A DNA stretch of 64,000 bases from Lama guanicoe (GCA_013239625.1 MU053881.1:15616373-15680372); one strand, 5' to 3'. Positions 1 to 24,581 are shown, numbered from the stretch's first letter. The notes: generated by a model not told the origin, from the sequence alone. A program made the numbers and translations.

Positions 1-99
1 GGGCCTGCTCTTTCATAGTGCCCTCTAATTTTGCCTAGCACTTGCCACAGCGAAAAGGCTCACACTCCCCATGTCAGCTCGGACTTAAACTTCTCTTCT

Positions 100-960
100 A
101 CTTCTCACAGCCACGCGAGAACCAAAGTACTACTGCTTGCCCCCCCATCCCCCCAACCACGTCCACTTTGTCAATGGAGAAACTGAGGCTCGGAAGCTCA
201 ATGAGGTCTCTGAGCGCGTGTTTCAACGCCGAGCACCTTGTCCCTTCCCTTGGAAAGGAGACTCAGCCTTCCCGATCCCCGCCGTCCCCGAGGCCACCCG
301 GGCCATGCACCGGCCTCCCCACGCGGCTCCCGCAGTGGCCGCCATATTGGCGGCAACTGGGGAGGCGGCGCGCGGGGTCTAGCCAGGAGCGCGCACTCCC
401 AACGTGTCCCATGCCTCCTCCCGCGGCCCCCGATTCGGCCTGCGTCCCGTTCCCTGACTCCCTGGCCCACCGCCTCGCCTTACTGTGCCCGAAGCCTTCA
501 TAGCGCTCTATCCGCACTCGCCGCCACCCACGAAAAGGAAGTAGCCGCCCTCGCGCAGCCGCTCACCTTGACTTCGTTGACGGAAGTCCCTCCCCTTCGA
601 GGACGCCAGTCTATTGGCTCCTCGGTCTCGCGCTCAATAAGAACTGCTTCTTCATTGGCTTCGGATCCGCCAACCTCTCACAGCCCCGCCTCTCTTCGCG
701 GCGAGACTACAACTCCCAAGAAGCAGCGCGGCTAGACCCGTCTATTACACCGCGAACGTAAGGGAGCGTCAGCACGCGCGTCAAGCCGGGAGCTGCCCAA
801 GAAGTCTCGGTGGGAAGTTCCGCGAGTGTTCCTCATCCCCGTGATGCTTCTGTATATAGAACCAGACCTTGGGTAATCGCGATGTTTATGGGGACATCGC
901 GGCACTTCCTCCCACTCCGGGTCTCTTTTCACCCCGGAGCTCTCGAGCCACGGACCTGAG
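100..960 (-). promoter_or_regulatory. RPL18A CpG-island promoter with TCT/5'-TOP start, YY1-like, CCAAT, GC-box and ZNF143-type motifs
   Basis: CpG-dense. CTTCCTTTT on minus at 533-541; GCCGCCATATTGGCGGC at 338-354; ATTGG boxes near 614 and 655; ACTACAACTCCCAAGAAGC at 706-724. Confidence 0.8.
484..501 (-). CDS. RPL18A: 60S ribosomal protein L18a, coding part of exon 1 (MKASGT); rest of gene lies left of the window
   Basis: Minus strand reads CTTCCTTTTCGTGGGTGGCGGCG...ATG AAG GCT TCG GGC ACA|GTAAGG: 5'-TOP pyrimidine start (~541), the MKASGT N-terminus, then a GT donor at 483. Position next to JAK3 matches human synteny. Confidence 0.93.
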
Positions 961-1449
961 AATTCTCATCTGTAAAATGGAAATACTAGTGTTTTTCTCT
1001 AGAAATGTTGCAATAATCAGATAAAATAACCCGTGTGAAACGTCAGGCACAGAACAGTCAACAATTAACGAGCATTAACATTCATTAAACAATGGAATGC
1101 TAGTTATTATTGTGATTATTGGGAGGAGGTCTGGTTTGTGTTTCAAAGTAGCAGATTCAAACTCCTGCTTGCTTCCAGGACAGATCCTGGCGCAGCGTCT
1201 GACCGGGGCAGGGAGGGTGGTGCTAGAACTGATCTAGGTGCAGCCCCACCTTTGAGGGCCTTCGGGCTCAGCAATTTGCTCGGGCAAAAAGAGGCTCTCC
1301 TGGAGGGGAGACCGAGGGTGGAAAAGGAAAGAACTCACTATGTCAGGCTGTGAAGAAAAACGAAGAGGAAAGGGGATAAATTGGAGGGTTTATTTTAGGA
1401 GGGAGGGCTCTTGGAGGAGGTGACAACTGAGCCCAATTAGAATCTTTCT

Positions 1450-3075
1450 TTTTCAAACTAAATTAATAACAGCTTAATTGATAGACTTCACATACCATAC
1501 AATTCATCCATTTAAATTCAATGGTTTTTACTACAGTGTTTTTTACATTCACAGACACATTCATATATATATATACACACATATATACATACACACACAT
1601 ATATATATTATATAATATGCACAGTTGTGCAACATTACCATAAGCTTTAGAACATTTCCATTATCTCCCACAGAAACCCCTTACCCTTTACAGTCACTTG
1701 CCATTCAAAACTCTGCCTTCTCCAGCCCTAGGCAACTAAGAATCTACTTCCTGCCTCTATGGATTTCCCAATTCTAGACATTTTACATAATTGGAATCAT
1801 ACAAAATGAGATCTTTTGTGATTGGCTTCTTTCACTTAGCATAACGTTTTTAAGGTTCGTTCATATCTTCCCCTAGTTTGTTTTTCTTTTCAACTTTTTA
1901 ATTGAAGTATATAATCAGTTTACAATATGTCAATTTCTGGTGTACAGCATAACTTTTCAGTCATACATATACATACATATATTCGTTTTCATATTATTTT
2001 TAATTATAGATTATTACAAGATATTGAATATAGTTCCCTGTGCTATACAGAATAAATTTGTTTTTTATCTACTTTCTATGTAGTTAATATTTGCAAATCT
2101 TGAACTCTCAGTTTACCCCTTCCCACCCCCTTCCCCCTACCATAAGATTGTTTACTATGTCTGTGAGTCGTTTCTGTTTTGTAGATGAGTCCATTAGTGC
2201 CTTTTCCCTTTTTTTAGATTCCAAATATGAGCGATATCATATGGTATTTTTCTTTCTCTTTCTGACTTACTTGAAGTGACTGTTTCCTAATGTAACATTT
2301 TAATTCATTTAATGATTTTTTTCACTGTATTTTTGAGTTATTTCTGTAGTGGTTGCTCTAGAGCTTACTGCTTACATCTCAGCTTAGAATCTTCTGGGAT
2401 TTATGCTGCCTTAGTTTTAATGAGATATAGAAATAGTGCTATATAGCTCATTTCCTCTTCCCCTTTTGTCTTATTATTATTATTATTGTTATACATAGTA
2501 CATATACATATGTTACAAAACAAATGATACATTGTTATAATTATTACCCCATACAATTCTATGCCTGTTAAGGAATCTGAGAAAATAAAAGAGGGCAAGT
2601 ATATATTTACAGACTTGTTATAGTCATTTTCTCCTTTCGAATTTCTGGTTCTCTTCCTTTGTTTTTGTTGATTAGAGTCACTACCTGCTGTCATTTCCTG
2701 ATTCCAATACAGCTTTGTTCCTCTCGTTTCCTTTATGCTATTATTGTCAAATATATTACATTTCTACATGTGACAGGCCCCCAAATAAAATTAATATATA
2801 TTTTTAGTGTTTTTTTAATCCTGAATTTGAAAAAAATTTGGGGGGGGTGGAATTAGGTTTGATTGATTTATTTACGTGGAGATCTGGAGATTGAACCCAA
2901 GACCATGTGCAAGTTAAGCACCCACTCTACCACTGAGCTATTCCCTCCCCTAATATATATTTTTATACAACTGCTTCTTAAAGTCAGTTAAGAGACAAAA
3001 GGAGAAGAAATATGCATGTACGCTGTTTTTGATAGTTACAGAATTACCTTTATCTGCAGTCTTTAATTTTTCACG
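1450..3075 (-). mobile_element. Nested LINE-1 fragments: old L1M pieces plus an artiodactyl-type L1 3' end at ~1880-2272
   Basis: Typical antisense L1 3'UTR phrases (ggcttctttcacttagcataa; attgaagtat...tttacaat...tttctggtgtacagca; tttttagattccaaatatgagcgatatcatatggtattt). AT-rich. Confidence 0.75.
2829..2950 (-). mobile_element. tRNA-derived SINE (camelid Vic-1-like)
   Basis: Reverse complement GGGGAGGGAATAGCTCAGTGGTAGAG...GGTTCAATCTCC has Pol III A and B boxes and an AT-rich tail. Confidence 0.85.
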
Positions 3076-3807
3076 TGTGTTGGAATCTGGGGTCCTTCTG
3101 TGCTGAAGTCATGAACCCCACACGGAAGGAGATTGGTTAGTGTCCACCGCCATCCTGGCGGAAAATCCGGAGACTTGGTGGGAGAGGAACATGATGGAAG
3201 AAGGGCGGTCAGGGCATCACGCCTGCAAGCCCTGCCTCTGGCCTCCTCCCTGCGCTGACTACCGGGCAAGAGGCAACTCCATCCGAATGGCGCTGCCGTG
3301 AGTGTCCACTAGGTGGCGGCAGAGCCCCTGTTAGTCTCTGCCGGGCGGAAGCCAATAGCCGGGACAAAGGAGTGGGGCAGAATTTAGGTTTAAATCGCAT
3401 CGATGAGATGGTTTCCTGGCGCATCACGGCTCTGGGCCTCAGTTTCCTCATCTGTAAAACGAGGCTAATAGTAGTCCCCAGCTTGCAGGATTGTTGGGAG
3501 GTTTAAATGGCGTATAATTGTTTGGACTGCGGTGGCAGAGGTTCTGCCATTGCTGGTTGCGCCTCTCCCTCTGTGCATGAACTCACTGCTCAGGGATCCA
3601 GTGTCCCCAGGATGCGAGGAGGAAACAAGCAGTGGAAAGAGGTCCTGGAGCCTGGGGCACAAATCGAGTCCTCCGAGGGCAGGAGGGGGTCCAGAGAAGG
3701 GGAATTTCTCCTCTCTCGCAGACAGAGCCCTGGTCTTGAGGCCTGGCCCTTCTATCTCCAAAGCCTGGGTCAGGGTGACCCCAGTAGCTAGAGAGGAGGG
3801 ACAAGCA

Positions 3808-3810
<3 letters not shown>

Positions 3811-3844
<34 letters not shown>
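3811..3844. repeat. (GT)17 microsatellite
   Basis: Perfect GT dinucleotide run. Confidence 0.95.
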
Positions 3845-3845
<1 letters not shown>

Positions 3846-5084
3846 CGTGTGCGTGTCCTGCCTAATGTTTGTTTAAAGGTTTTCTTTCTCTCTCTCATTT
3901 ATTTATTTATTTTTTTGACGTTTTGGCCCTGCCTGGCAAGTGCTGCTGTGGACCCCGCGGCACCCCTGACCCACCCTCTTGCTCCCCTGTGCACCCCTCC
4001 GGGCTGCCCCGACCTCGGGCCACAAAGGAATCTGAGCCGATAAGCTGGTCCTGGACCCGGGTTTCAAGCTGGGCGTCCCTCTGCCTCTGTTTTATCACCA
4101 ATCAGGTGCAGACAACTTCCTGGTTAGATAGGCGCTGGGATCCAGTTTGTTAATCCCGCATCTCTGCCGCACCTCAATCACTGGCACCATGCTACCCTTC
4201 CTGGGCTATCTTGGCTGTCATCATTGGAGCTCCCCTATTCTGCTCACTTCCTTCCCCATCTCTGCTACTGGCACCTCCATCCTTCTAGGGCTCAGCTGGT
4301 CGAAGTCCTGCTCCTGTCCTTTTGGTCCCCCAAACGTCCCCAAGACACCCATTCCCCTGTACCCTAGGTACCACCTCATCCAGGACCTGGCCTCCTGCCC
4401 CCATCCTCCCCTCTTCCTAATTGTTCCTGCTTTCAACCCTCCTAAGGTTCCTCCTCCAGATTCATTCATTCATTCATTGTCTACCGTGAACCAGACACTG
4501 GGAATACTCCCGGCAGCAGGATAACCAAAAACTCCAACCCTGAGGGAGCTGACATACCTACCAATCGGAGAAATGGACAAAAGTGATATAAATAAGAAAA
4601 ACAGTTGCCATGGCAGAGCGAGACATGCGCTCGGGAGAAAAATAAAGTGAAGCAGGCGGTCTCCTTCGGCTCCAGGAAGCTATCTCCTCCCACTCACGCC
4701 TAGGGGCCAGACCGTCATGTTTTTTTTCAGCCTAGGTTTGGCGGGAGGAGTCCTAGGGAACTGTGAGGAGGGGAAGCAAAGCAAGAGGGAGGCTCTTTCT
4801 TCCTGTCACTCACCCTCCCCCAGCTTCAATTCTTCCGCTCTGTGAATGGGGATCACAGTCCACGCGCTAAGATTGTTTTGAGGATTAACTGAGTCGCTGC
4901 GTGTAAGAAGCCTTGGTGGGCACCTGGTGTACCTGTGAGCACCTGATATGTGTTTTCTGTTCTCATTATCAATGATTGTTCTGGTTCATGGTCAAGCTCT
5001 GAACAGCAGCTCTGATAAATCCCATTTCCCCTCCCATCCTACGTAGCTAAACATGTTTCTTTTTTCGAGCAAGTAGTTAATTTT

Positions 5085-5312
5085 TATCTTTTTTTTTTCT
5101 TTTTTACTGAACTAGAGTCAGTTTACAATGTTGTGTTAATTTCTGGTGAACAACATAATGCTCCAGTCATACATATATAATACATATACTCATTTTCATA
5201 TTCTTTTTTCATTATAGGTTACTTCAAGATATTGAATATAGTTCCCTGTGCTATGTAGAAGAAATTTGCTGTTTATTTTATATATAGTAGTTAGTATCTG
5301 CAAATCTCAAAC
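5085..5312 (-). mobile_element. Artiodactyl-type L1 3' end fragment
   Basis: Closely similar to 1890-2105 (cagtttacaat...atttctggtg...caagatattgaatatagttccctgtgctat); poly-T at left end. Confidence 0.75.
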
Positions 5313-5329
5313 TTAACTTTTTAAAAATT

Positions 5330-5354
5330 GATTTTATTTTTTAAATTAGGTTTA

Positions 5355-5386
<32 letters not shown>

Positions 5387-5466
5387 TTTTTAAGGGAGGC
5401 AGTGGGGATTGAATCCAGGACCTCGTGCATGCTAAGTATGCACTCTACCACTGAGCTATACCCTAC
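5330..5466 (-). mobile_element. tRNA-derived SINE with (TA)n tail
   Basis: ggggattgaatccaggacctcgtgcatgctaagtatgcactctaccactgagctataccc. Confidence 0.85.
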
Positions 5467-6014
5467 TCCACCTCGAACTTCACTTTTAAACACTATTAAC
5501 AGATACAAAATTCAACAGGCACAAAAAGTAAACAACATAAACTACCTTCCTCTTTCACCCATCATGGCCCCCTAGTTGCCTTCCCCATGGGAGCAAGTTG
5601 TTTCTGTTTCCCTGCCAAGAGCATCTTTGTCCATATGAGGAAATCCTCATTATCTCTTCTTTTTCTCTGCAGACTGAAGCTTCCTGCCCAGAGAGATTTG
5701 CACCTTGCTTTTTCCTTCACAAAGTATCTGGAAGGTCTTCCCACACTGTCAGCATTGGGATGCCCTATTCTTTTGCATAGCCGTGTAATATTCCATGCTG
5801 ACAATGGCCATTGTTTATTCAATGAATCCCCTGTGGCTGGACATTGAGCTTGCTTCTAACTGAATGCTGTTACAAACAGTGCTTTAAAAAATCAGTAACA
5901 TGATATAGGTATCATTCCTGGAAGGCTCTTTTGCTAGAAGGAGTCTTGCTGAGTTTCAGGGTAATTTCTTCAGCTTCATCTGATCCCCTCCATAGGGCTG
6001 GGTCATTTCCACTC

Positions 6015-6498
6015 TTTTTTTTTGGTTGTCAAATAACCCTTTATTAAATCACTTTTCTCTGTAGTTCTTTACTAGCTGGGCATCCCACCACACCACTGTT
6101 GATGTTATCTATGGTGTCATGAGGGTGGTGGCCATCAACATGGCTGCCCACAGACTGGTCAGGATCTCTTTAATGGTTCCAGAGAGTTCTCTTGCTAAAG
6201 ATCAGTGCCCCATCTGTCAGGCAATATTGACAATCTCATTAAAAGTGATGTGTCCACGGTGCTTAGTGTTTTTCTGCTTTTTTCTGTCTCTTGGTGGTTC
6301 CCTGAGGGCTTTGATGATCAGGGCAGAGGCGGAAGGTACCACCTCAATCTATGTCTGTCTGTTCTAAATGGTCAGTTTCACTGTAATCCTCAGTAAATCT
6401 TCTAATCTCCAGTTGCCTTGGTAGTGTCATCACCAGCCTTTTTTGGAGACAAACCCAGGGGACCGATCTTGGGGGCCAAGGCAGATGTGGCACCAACT
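6015..6498 (-). pseudogene. RPL12P: Processed pseudogene of ribosomal protein L12, 5'-truncated and disabled
   Basis: Minus strand encodes [20 protein letters not shown]..., [27 protein letters not shown]..., [14 protein letters not shown]..., with in-frame stops and indels. Intronless, with AATAAA (6040-6045) and a poly-A remnant (T run 6015-6023). Confidence 0.93.
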
Positions 6499-6685
6499 TG
6501 TTGGCCATTCATATTTCTTCTTTGGTGAAGTGTCTATTCAAATCTGTTGCCCAATTTCTTATTGAGTCATTTGTCTTATATTATTGAGTTATAAGAATTA
6601 TTTATATATTCTAGATACAAGTATTTTGTTTATTTAATATATGTATTGCAAATATTTTCTCCTGATCTGTGTCTTTTTAAAAAAA

Positions 6686-6820
6686 TTTTTTTTTGCAGGA
6701 GAGGTGATTAAGTTTATTTAATATATTTATGTACCATTATTTTTAATGGAGGTATGGGGATTGAACCCAGGACCTTGTGCATGCTAAGCACACACTCTAC
6801 CACTGAGCTATATACTCCCC
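6686..6820 (-). mobile_element. tRNA-derived SINE
   Basis: ggggattgaacccaggaccttgtgcatgctaagcacacactctaccactgagctata. Confidence 0.85.
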
Positions 6821-7659
6821 ACCTCCAATCTGTATCTCACCTTTCTGTTTTCTCAGTGGTGTTATCTGAAGAGCACAATGATAAAGTCTAATTCATCAAT
6901 GTTTTCCAGCTAAGATAACTTTGCCTACCGTAAGTTTGCAAAATTTTTCTACTATGGTTTTTTAAAATGTCTTATAGTTTTAGGTTTTGCATTCAGGTCT
7001 GTGATCGATTTTGAGTTAATTTTGTGTATGACGTGAAGTAAAGATTGATGTTAATTGCTTTCCATATGATGTCTAGTTGTTCCAACACTATCTGTTGAAA
7101 AGACTTTCCTTTCCTCCATTTAATTGTCTCAGTATCTGTGTCAAAAATCAACTGGCTATATTTATATGGGTCTATTACTCTAGTCTATTCTGTTTTGTTG
7201 ATCCATCTTTTCATCAGTACCAAATTGTCTTGATTACTGTAACTCTGTAGTAAGCCTAGAAGTCAGGTAGAATAATTTCATCTTCTTTTTAAAAGTTACC
7301 CTGGCCCTTTTCAGTTCTATAGGAATTTTAAAAGTCATTGACAGTTTCTACCCCCAAAAATTCTGCTGAATTTATATTGGAATTTCACTGAATCTATAGG
7401 TCAGAAGAAGAGAACTGATATCATAATACTATTGAGTTTTCCAATCCATGAACATGGTATATCTTCCTGTTTATTTAAATCTTGATAAATTTCTCTTAGC
7501 AGTATATGTAGCTTTTAGTGTAAAGATCTTAGACTTTTTTTGGTTGGATTTATTCCTAGGTATTTTATCTTTTTTGGTGCTGCTATAAATGGAATTTAAT
7601 TTTTTTTCATTTTTCAATTGTTTTCTGCTATATATAAAAATTCAATTGATTTTTTAAGA

Positions 7660-7738
7660 AATTGGTGGATTGATTTAAAGAGAAGTACTGAGAACCATGC
7701 TATGCATGCACTCTACCACTGAACTATACCCTCCCCCC
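7660..7738 (-). mobile_element. Degenerate, internally deleted tRNA-derived SINE
   Basis: catgcactctaccactgaactataccctcccc. Confidence 0.65.
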
Positions 7739-8188
7739 AAATGAATTTTATATATTAACTTTAAAAATTGAACTTGCTAAATTCATTTATTGGTTCTAGT
7801 AATTGTCACTGGATTCCCTTGGATTTTTTTTACATAAACAAAACATACTTTGTTTAGCATCTGCAGACAGGGACAAATTTACTTCCTCCTTTCCAATCTT
7901 TAAGCCTTTTTTTTCTTGCCTCATTACAATGGCCATGACCTCCAGAACAGTGTTGAATGGAAGAGGTGAGAATGGACATCGTTGTCTTTTCCCCAATCTC
8001 AGGAGGACACAATTCAGTCTTTTACATCAAGTATACTATTACTGGTAGATTTTTTTTTTTGGTAGGTTTTCCTTAGCAGATTGGGGAAGTTCCCATTTAC
8101 ACATGATTTCTAAGAATTTTTATCATGAATGAGTGTTGAATTTTGTCATTTCCTGCATCCATTAAAATAATCATATATTTTCACTGTA

Positions 8189-8392
8189 CAGTTGATCTTT
8201 GAAGAACTCAGAGGTTAGGGGTGCTGACCCCTGTGCAGTCAAATATCTATGGATAACTTTACCGTAAGTCCTCCATATCTGAGGTTCTGCTGATTCAACC
8301 AACTGCAGATTGTGTAGTACATGTTTATCAAAAAATAATTGTGTATAAGTGGAACTTCATGATTCATATCTATGTTATTCAAGGGTCAACCC
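8189..8392. mobile_element. Tigger2-derived MITE (MER8/MER28-like DNA transposon)
   Basis: Terminal inverted repeats cagttgatctttgaa ... ttcaagggtcaacc, a flanking TA, and internal ggttaggggtgctgacccc. Family name from memory. Confidence 0.7.
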
Positions 8393-10199
8393 TACTTTTA
8401 ATTTGCATTTCACCTGTTATGAGAAATGAGCATCTTTTTCTGGGTTTAAGAGCTATTTGTCCTTCATTTTTTTGTAATTTCTGGGTTCATATCCTGCTAA
8501 ATCATTGGCATTTTCTTATTGTCTTCTAGGAACTGCTTATACAGTGAAGATATTTTATTCATGACACTAGTTTACCTTTGTTTCCAGTTTCATTTGTTTA
8601 TTCTTTAACTGTGCTTATGGGCTTTTTGCCAGCAGGAAATTTTGGATGTTTGTATTATGAAGTTTCTAATTTATTCTTGGGCAAGCTCTGGGTTCTGCCG
8701 CCTGGAATCTCCTCATGGAGACTTCATATGCCGCTCTCTGGGGCTGACGGTGCCACCTTTGCCCTGACCCTGTTCTCCTCCTGCTCATTGTCAACAAACC
8801 ACAGTTACAATGTCGATAGAGTTGTCAGGAGCCTAGAAACTCACTGTGGTTGCTGGAAGGCAGGAGCCTCTCTCTCAGGACCAGGGATGAGAGTACACAG
8901 TTACATTCCTCTCTGCTGAAGCCACCCAGGATATGAAAGAAAAATACTATGGCTAAGCCCCCATGCAGCACTTCCTGCCACAAGCCTGCTGTGACTCCCA
9001 CTGTGCTGAGGACACAACCCATACCCCTTCCCTCCACCCACAAGTCCCTACTGCTGCCTCCAACCAAGTCTTAGCACACTGTGTCCCTGCCACCCTGCCC
9101 TTCTCAGGAATACTGTGACTTCATCGAGCGTCTCAGCCTTTGCCTGGGCTCTTCCTTTGCCAGAACTCCCCACATCTGCAGATCACTCTCTGGCTAATGC
9201 TACTTGTCCTTGGATTTCAACAGCAAAATCACTTCATCCAGGAAGCCCTCCCAGACTGAGCATCTCTGCTAGCAGCCTCCCCCAAGGGCCACTGAAACAC
9301 TTATTGGATAATTATTTGTTGCCATCACTCCCACTAGATTGTCAGCTCCACCAGGCAGAGACTAGATCTGCTCTGTCCCCTGCTGTGTCCCCAGTGCCCT
9401 GCACAGAGGAGGTGCCCAATAAGTGTCTATGGGTGATTGAATTAAAGTCAACAAAATACCTACCAAAGCCATTTTTGTGCCAGGACTTGTGATGGGATTA
9501 CAGAGATGAAAGCATCCTCTAAAATCTGTCCCCAAAGCTCTACTTTCTGGGGTTTGTATCCTACTAAGGACCTTGGCCCAGGTCTCACCTGGACAGTGCC
9601 CCCAGCTTCCTCCTCCACCCATGATAGCCTCAGGGGTGTAAAAAAAATCACCAATTGGACCGCCCTGTAATCCAGGCCCTACTGACTGCTCTGCTGTCCC
9701 CCTCACTTCTCACCTTGTCCAACTATGACTTCTGGTCCTTCAACAGCTCAACCTCACTCCCCAGTCAGGGCCTTTGCACTTGCGGTGGGTGCCCTCCACC
9801 AGGAGTCTTCTTTCTTTGTCCTGCTTCAAATCCCTGCTCGAAGGATTATGACTTCTGCACAAAGTCCCCCAACCTCACCACCCCTGGGCCCCAGTCTGTG
9901 CCTGTCCTGACACCTTCGTTTTCTTTATTATCTATAATGATTAATTGCCTCCCTACCAGACCAGATAGTGAGGTGAGCCTGAGGGTCGGTCTGCTTGATT
10001 TTTGCTCTTTCTAGGGCTGGCCTTAGGGCAAGGAGCACAGAAGGGGCCGTTATCATGCCATGGGTGGGTAAACTGAGGCCCTGGGACCTAGGCCCTTGCC
10101 AGGGTCCCACAAGAGTGAGCCTGGAGCTTTTTGAGACCCCAGGTGAGATCTGGGCTCTTCTCTGTGCTGTCACCCCTTCCCTTAGGTCTGGGATCTCCA

Positions 10200-10407
10200 G
10201 CAGCCTGTCTGAGCAGGGCTGCTGCTGCAGAGTCTTCCGGAACTTTCTGCCCCTCCCCGCCCTCGTCCCCCACACAGCCCTGACTTTCGGTAAGTGACAG
10301 CAGCTCAGGAAGCCAAGGGGCCCACACAGGAAGCAGCGAGTGGGACTTTCCTCCCCTGCTGCCCAGCTCTGCCCTCCCTCCGTTGGCCCAGGGTCCCCAT
10401 CCCCAAG
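10200..10407 (+). promoter_or_regulatory. JAK3: JAK3 proximal promoter and non-coding exon 1 (~10323-10407)
   Basis: cacacaggaag...gagtgggactttcc...ccagggtccc...AG|GTAAGA resembles the human JAK3 5'UTR exon. Donor at 10408; ETS CAGGAA motifs; kappaB site 10342-10351. Confidence 0.8.
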
Positions 10408-12346
10408 GTAAGAGCTGGTGGTGCCACATGGCTCTGGCCAGGGGTTGGGGGGAGACTGTGTGGATGGCTGCAGCTGGGGACAAAGGCAAGTTTGCCTTTC
10501 AGGCCTCCGAGGAAACCCGCCAGATGTGAGCTGGGATGGCTGGCTGTGTGGCCTCTGGCAAACCGCTCCCCTCTCTGGGTCTCAGCTTTGTCCTGCATAA
10601 AATGAGGCCTTGAATTCCCAGCTCCCCGGACTTGCGAGAATCATCGCACATGTGCCCAGGGCTTGAGGTCCCTGGGGAGACAGTTCCCAGCTCCCACCCT
10701 TCCAGCCCTCAGGCCAGAGAATAGGTTGACCATCCAGGCATGTGGGACTTTTGGTGTTAAAACAGGGGCATTTTTCTAGGCTCCAAAAACCACCTCTGAC
10801 TTTTTTTGTTTTACTTTCGATATTTTAAAAATCATGTTTTTTAAAGTTTTGTATTAAACAAAAGACGTGCTGTGTGATTCCATTTATATAAAGGCGCAAA
10901 GACAAGATCAGGGCAACTGTCAGAAATAGGATGGTAGTTCCCTCTGTGGGGAGTGACGGGGTCCGCAGAACTCCTGGGGCTGGGAGTGTTTTGATTCCTG
11001 GTCTGGGACTTGGTGACACCAGAGGGGGAAAGTTCTCTTTTCCCCACACCCTCCCTCCCTGACAGTAACCCCCAAACCACTGTGCCAAGGGACCTTCCTG
11101 TCTGATGTAGCTGGTATTTATCAAGTGCTTGCTGGGACTATCACCAAGGATTTGTGCCACTCATTGTGAGTTAAATGAGTTGACAGCTTGGGCTGGGCTC
11201 AGCAAACAACCTTAGGGAAACAGGTAGGAATCAGCCCATTTTACAGCTGGAAAAGTTGCGTCCCAGTAGTGGGAGTCCTGCCCAGGTCACAAAGCCAGGA
11301 TATAGTGGGGCTGGGATTTGAACCCAGAGCCTTGGGTTTTCACCTATCCCCAGTCCCAGGCTTATATTCTGGGCATGTTATAAATCTCATTAATGCTGTC
11401 CACCACCCCTACCCCCAGTGTTATTTTGGAACATAGTCTTTTTTACCCAACATTCTCTTTATATCCTCTTCATTCAGATCAATTTAAGTGGATCTTGTCC
11501 ATTTGTCCCCACTCCCACCCCGTTCCTCACAGGGTTCAAAGCCCAACTTCTTCCTCTACCCAGTCAGGGGTCCTAAGCTCTGGGGTCCTCCCGGGTGACT
11601 GAGATCTGGTAGTTGACTGGTGTGGAATGCCTGGGAATAAGGCTGGCGGTTTTCTCCCAGGGAGGGCTTCCTATTATAGGGACCTAATGGTGGGAGTGAT
11701 GAAGGGAACAGAGGTGGGGGAGCAGGGGAAACAGACACAGAAATCCCTGTCGACTGAGTCATCAGTTTGGGTCTGCCTCCCTCAACGTGCATCACATCAG
11801 GTGCAAAAGCTTCCAGCTCCAGCCCCAGAAGTGCTTGAATCCCCCAGACCCACAGGGAGGGTTGGCCACCCCTAGCTTCTTAAACACCTTTATGCACAAG
11901 CCATCTGCTTTCTGGTCAGCAAATCCCTATATCTGTGATCGATTGCTCCTGCTTGTCTGGAGAAGGGGTTGGAGGAACTGGTATATGGGAAGGCTGGAGA
12001 TTGACTGGAGATGTCTGCCCTGAGCACCATAATAGTCTGGGATGTGAGTTCCCACAAACTGGTGTGAATATATTCCACTCCCCAAGCACAGCCCTCATCT
12101 GGGGGGTTATGGCTCTTCACCCACCTTGCACTCATCTCCCTCTCTCTGTCTCTCTGCATTTCTGTCTTGCTCTTTCTCTGTGTGTGTTTTTGTCCCTCTC
12201 TCCTCCCTCCCTCTCTCTCTGACTTCACCCCTACCTCACCCACAAGCATCTCTGCCCCCTACTCCACTCCCAGAAACGTTGTAGTCTTATCCCCTCTGGC
12301 CGCAACTGAGATGCTGCCTCTTTCTGTGTCCAGGCAGGCTGCAATC

Positions 12347-24581
<12,235 letters not shown>

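Larger units (their letters stand above)
6499..8185 (-). mobile_element. Old LINE-1 (L1M) ORF2/3' fragment interrupted by SINEs
   Basis: Antisense L1 ORF2 phrases (tgttgaaaagact, ttccaatccatgaacatgg). ORF 7796-7996 resembles degenerate L1 reverse transcriptase ([17 protein letters not shown]...[13 protein letters not shown]). Confidence 0.85.

Noticed and set aside
1..483. Possible intronic snoRNA in RPL18A
   Set aside because: No H/ACA or C/D box structure recognised in this part of intron 1; the hosted snoRNA is expected in a later intron outside the window.
42..735. Several 80-165 aa ORFs over the RPL18A CpG island
   Set aside because: GC-rich stop-poor sequence with no recognisable protein; the real coding part is the 18-nt RPL18A exon.
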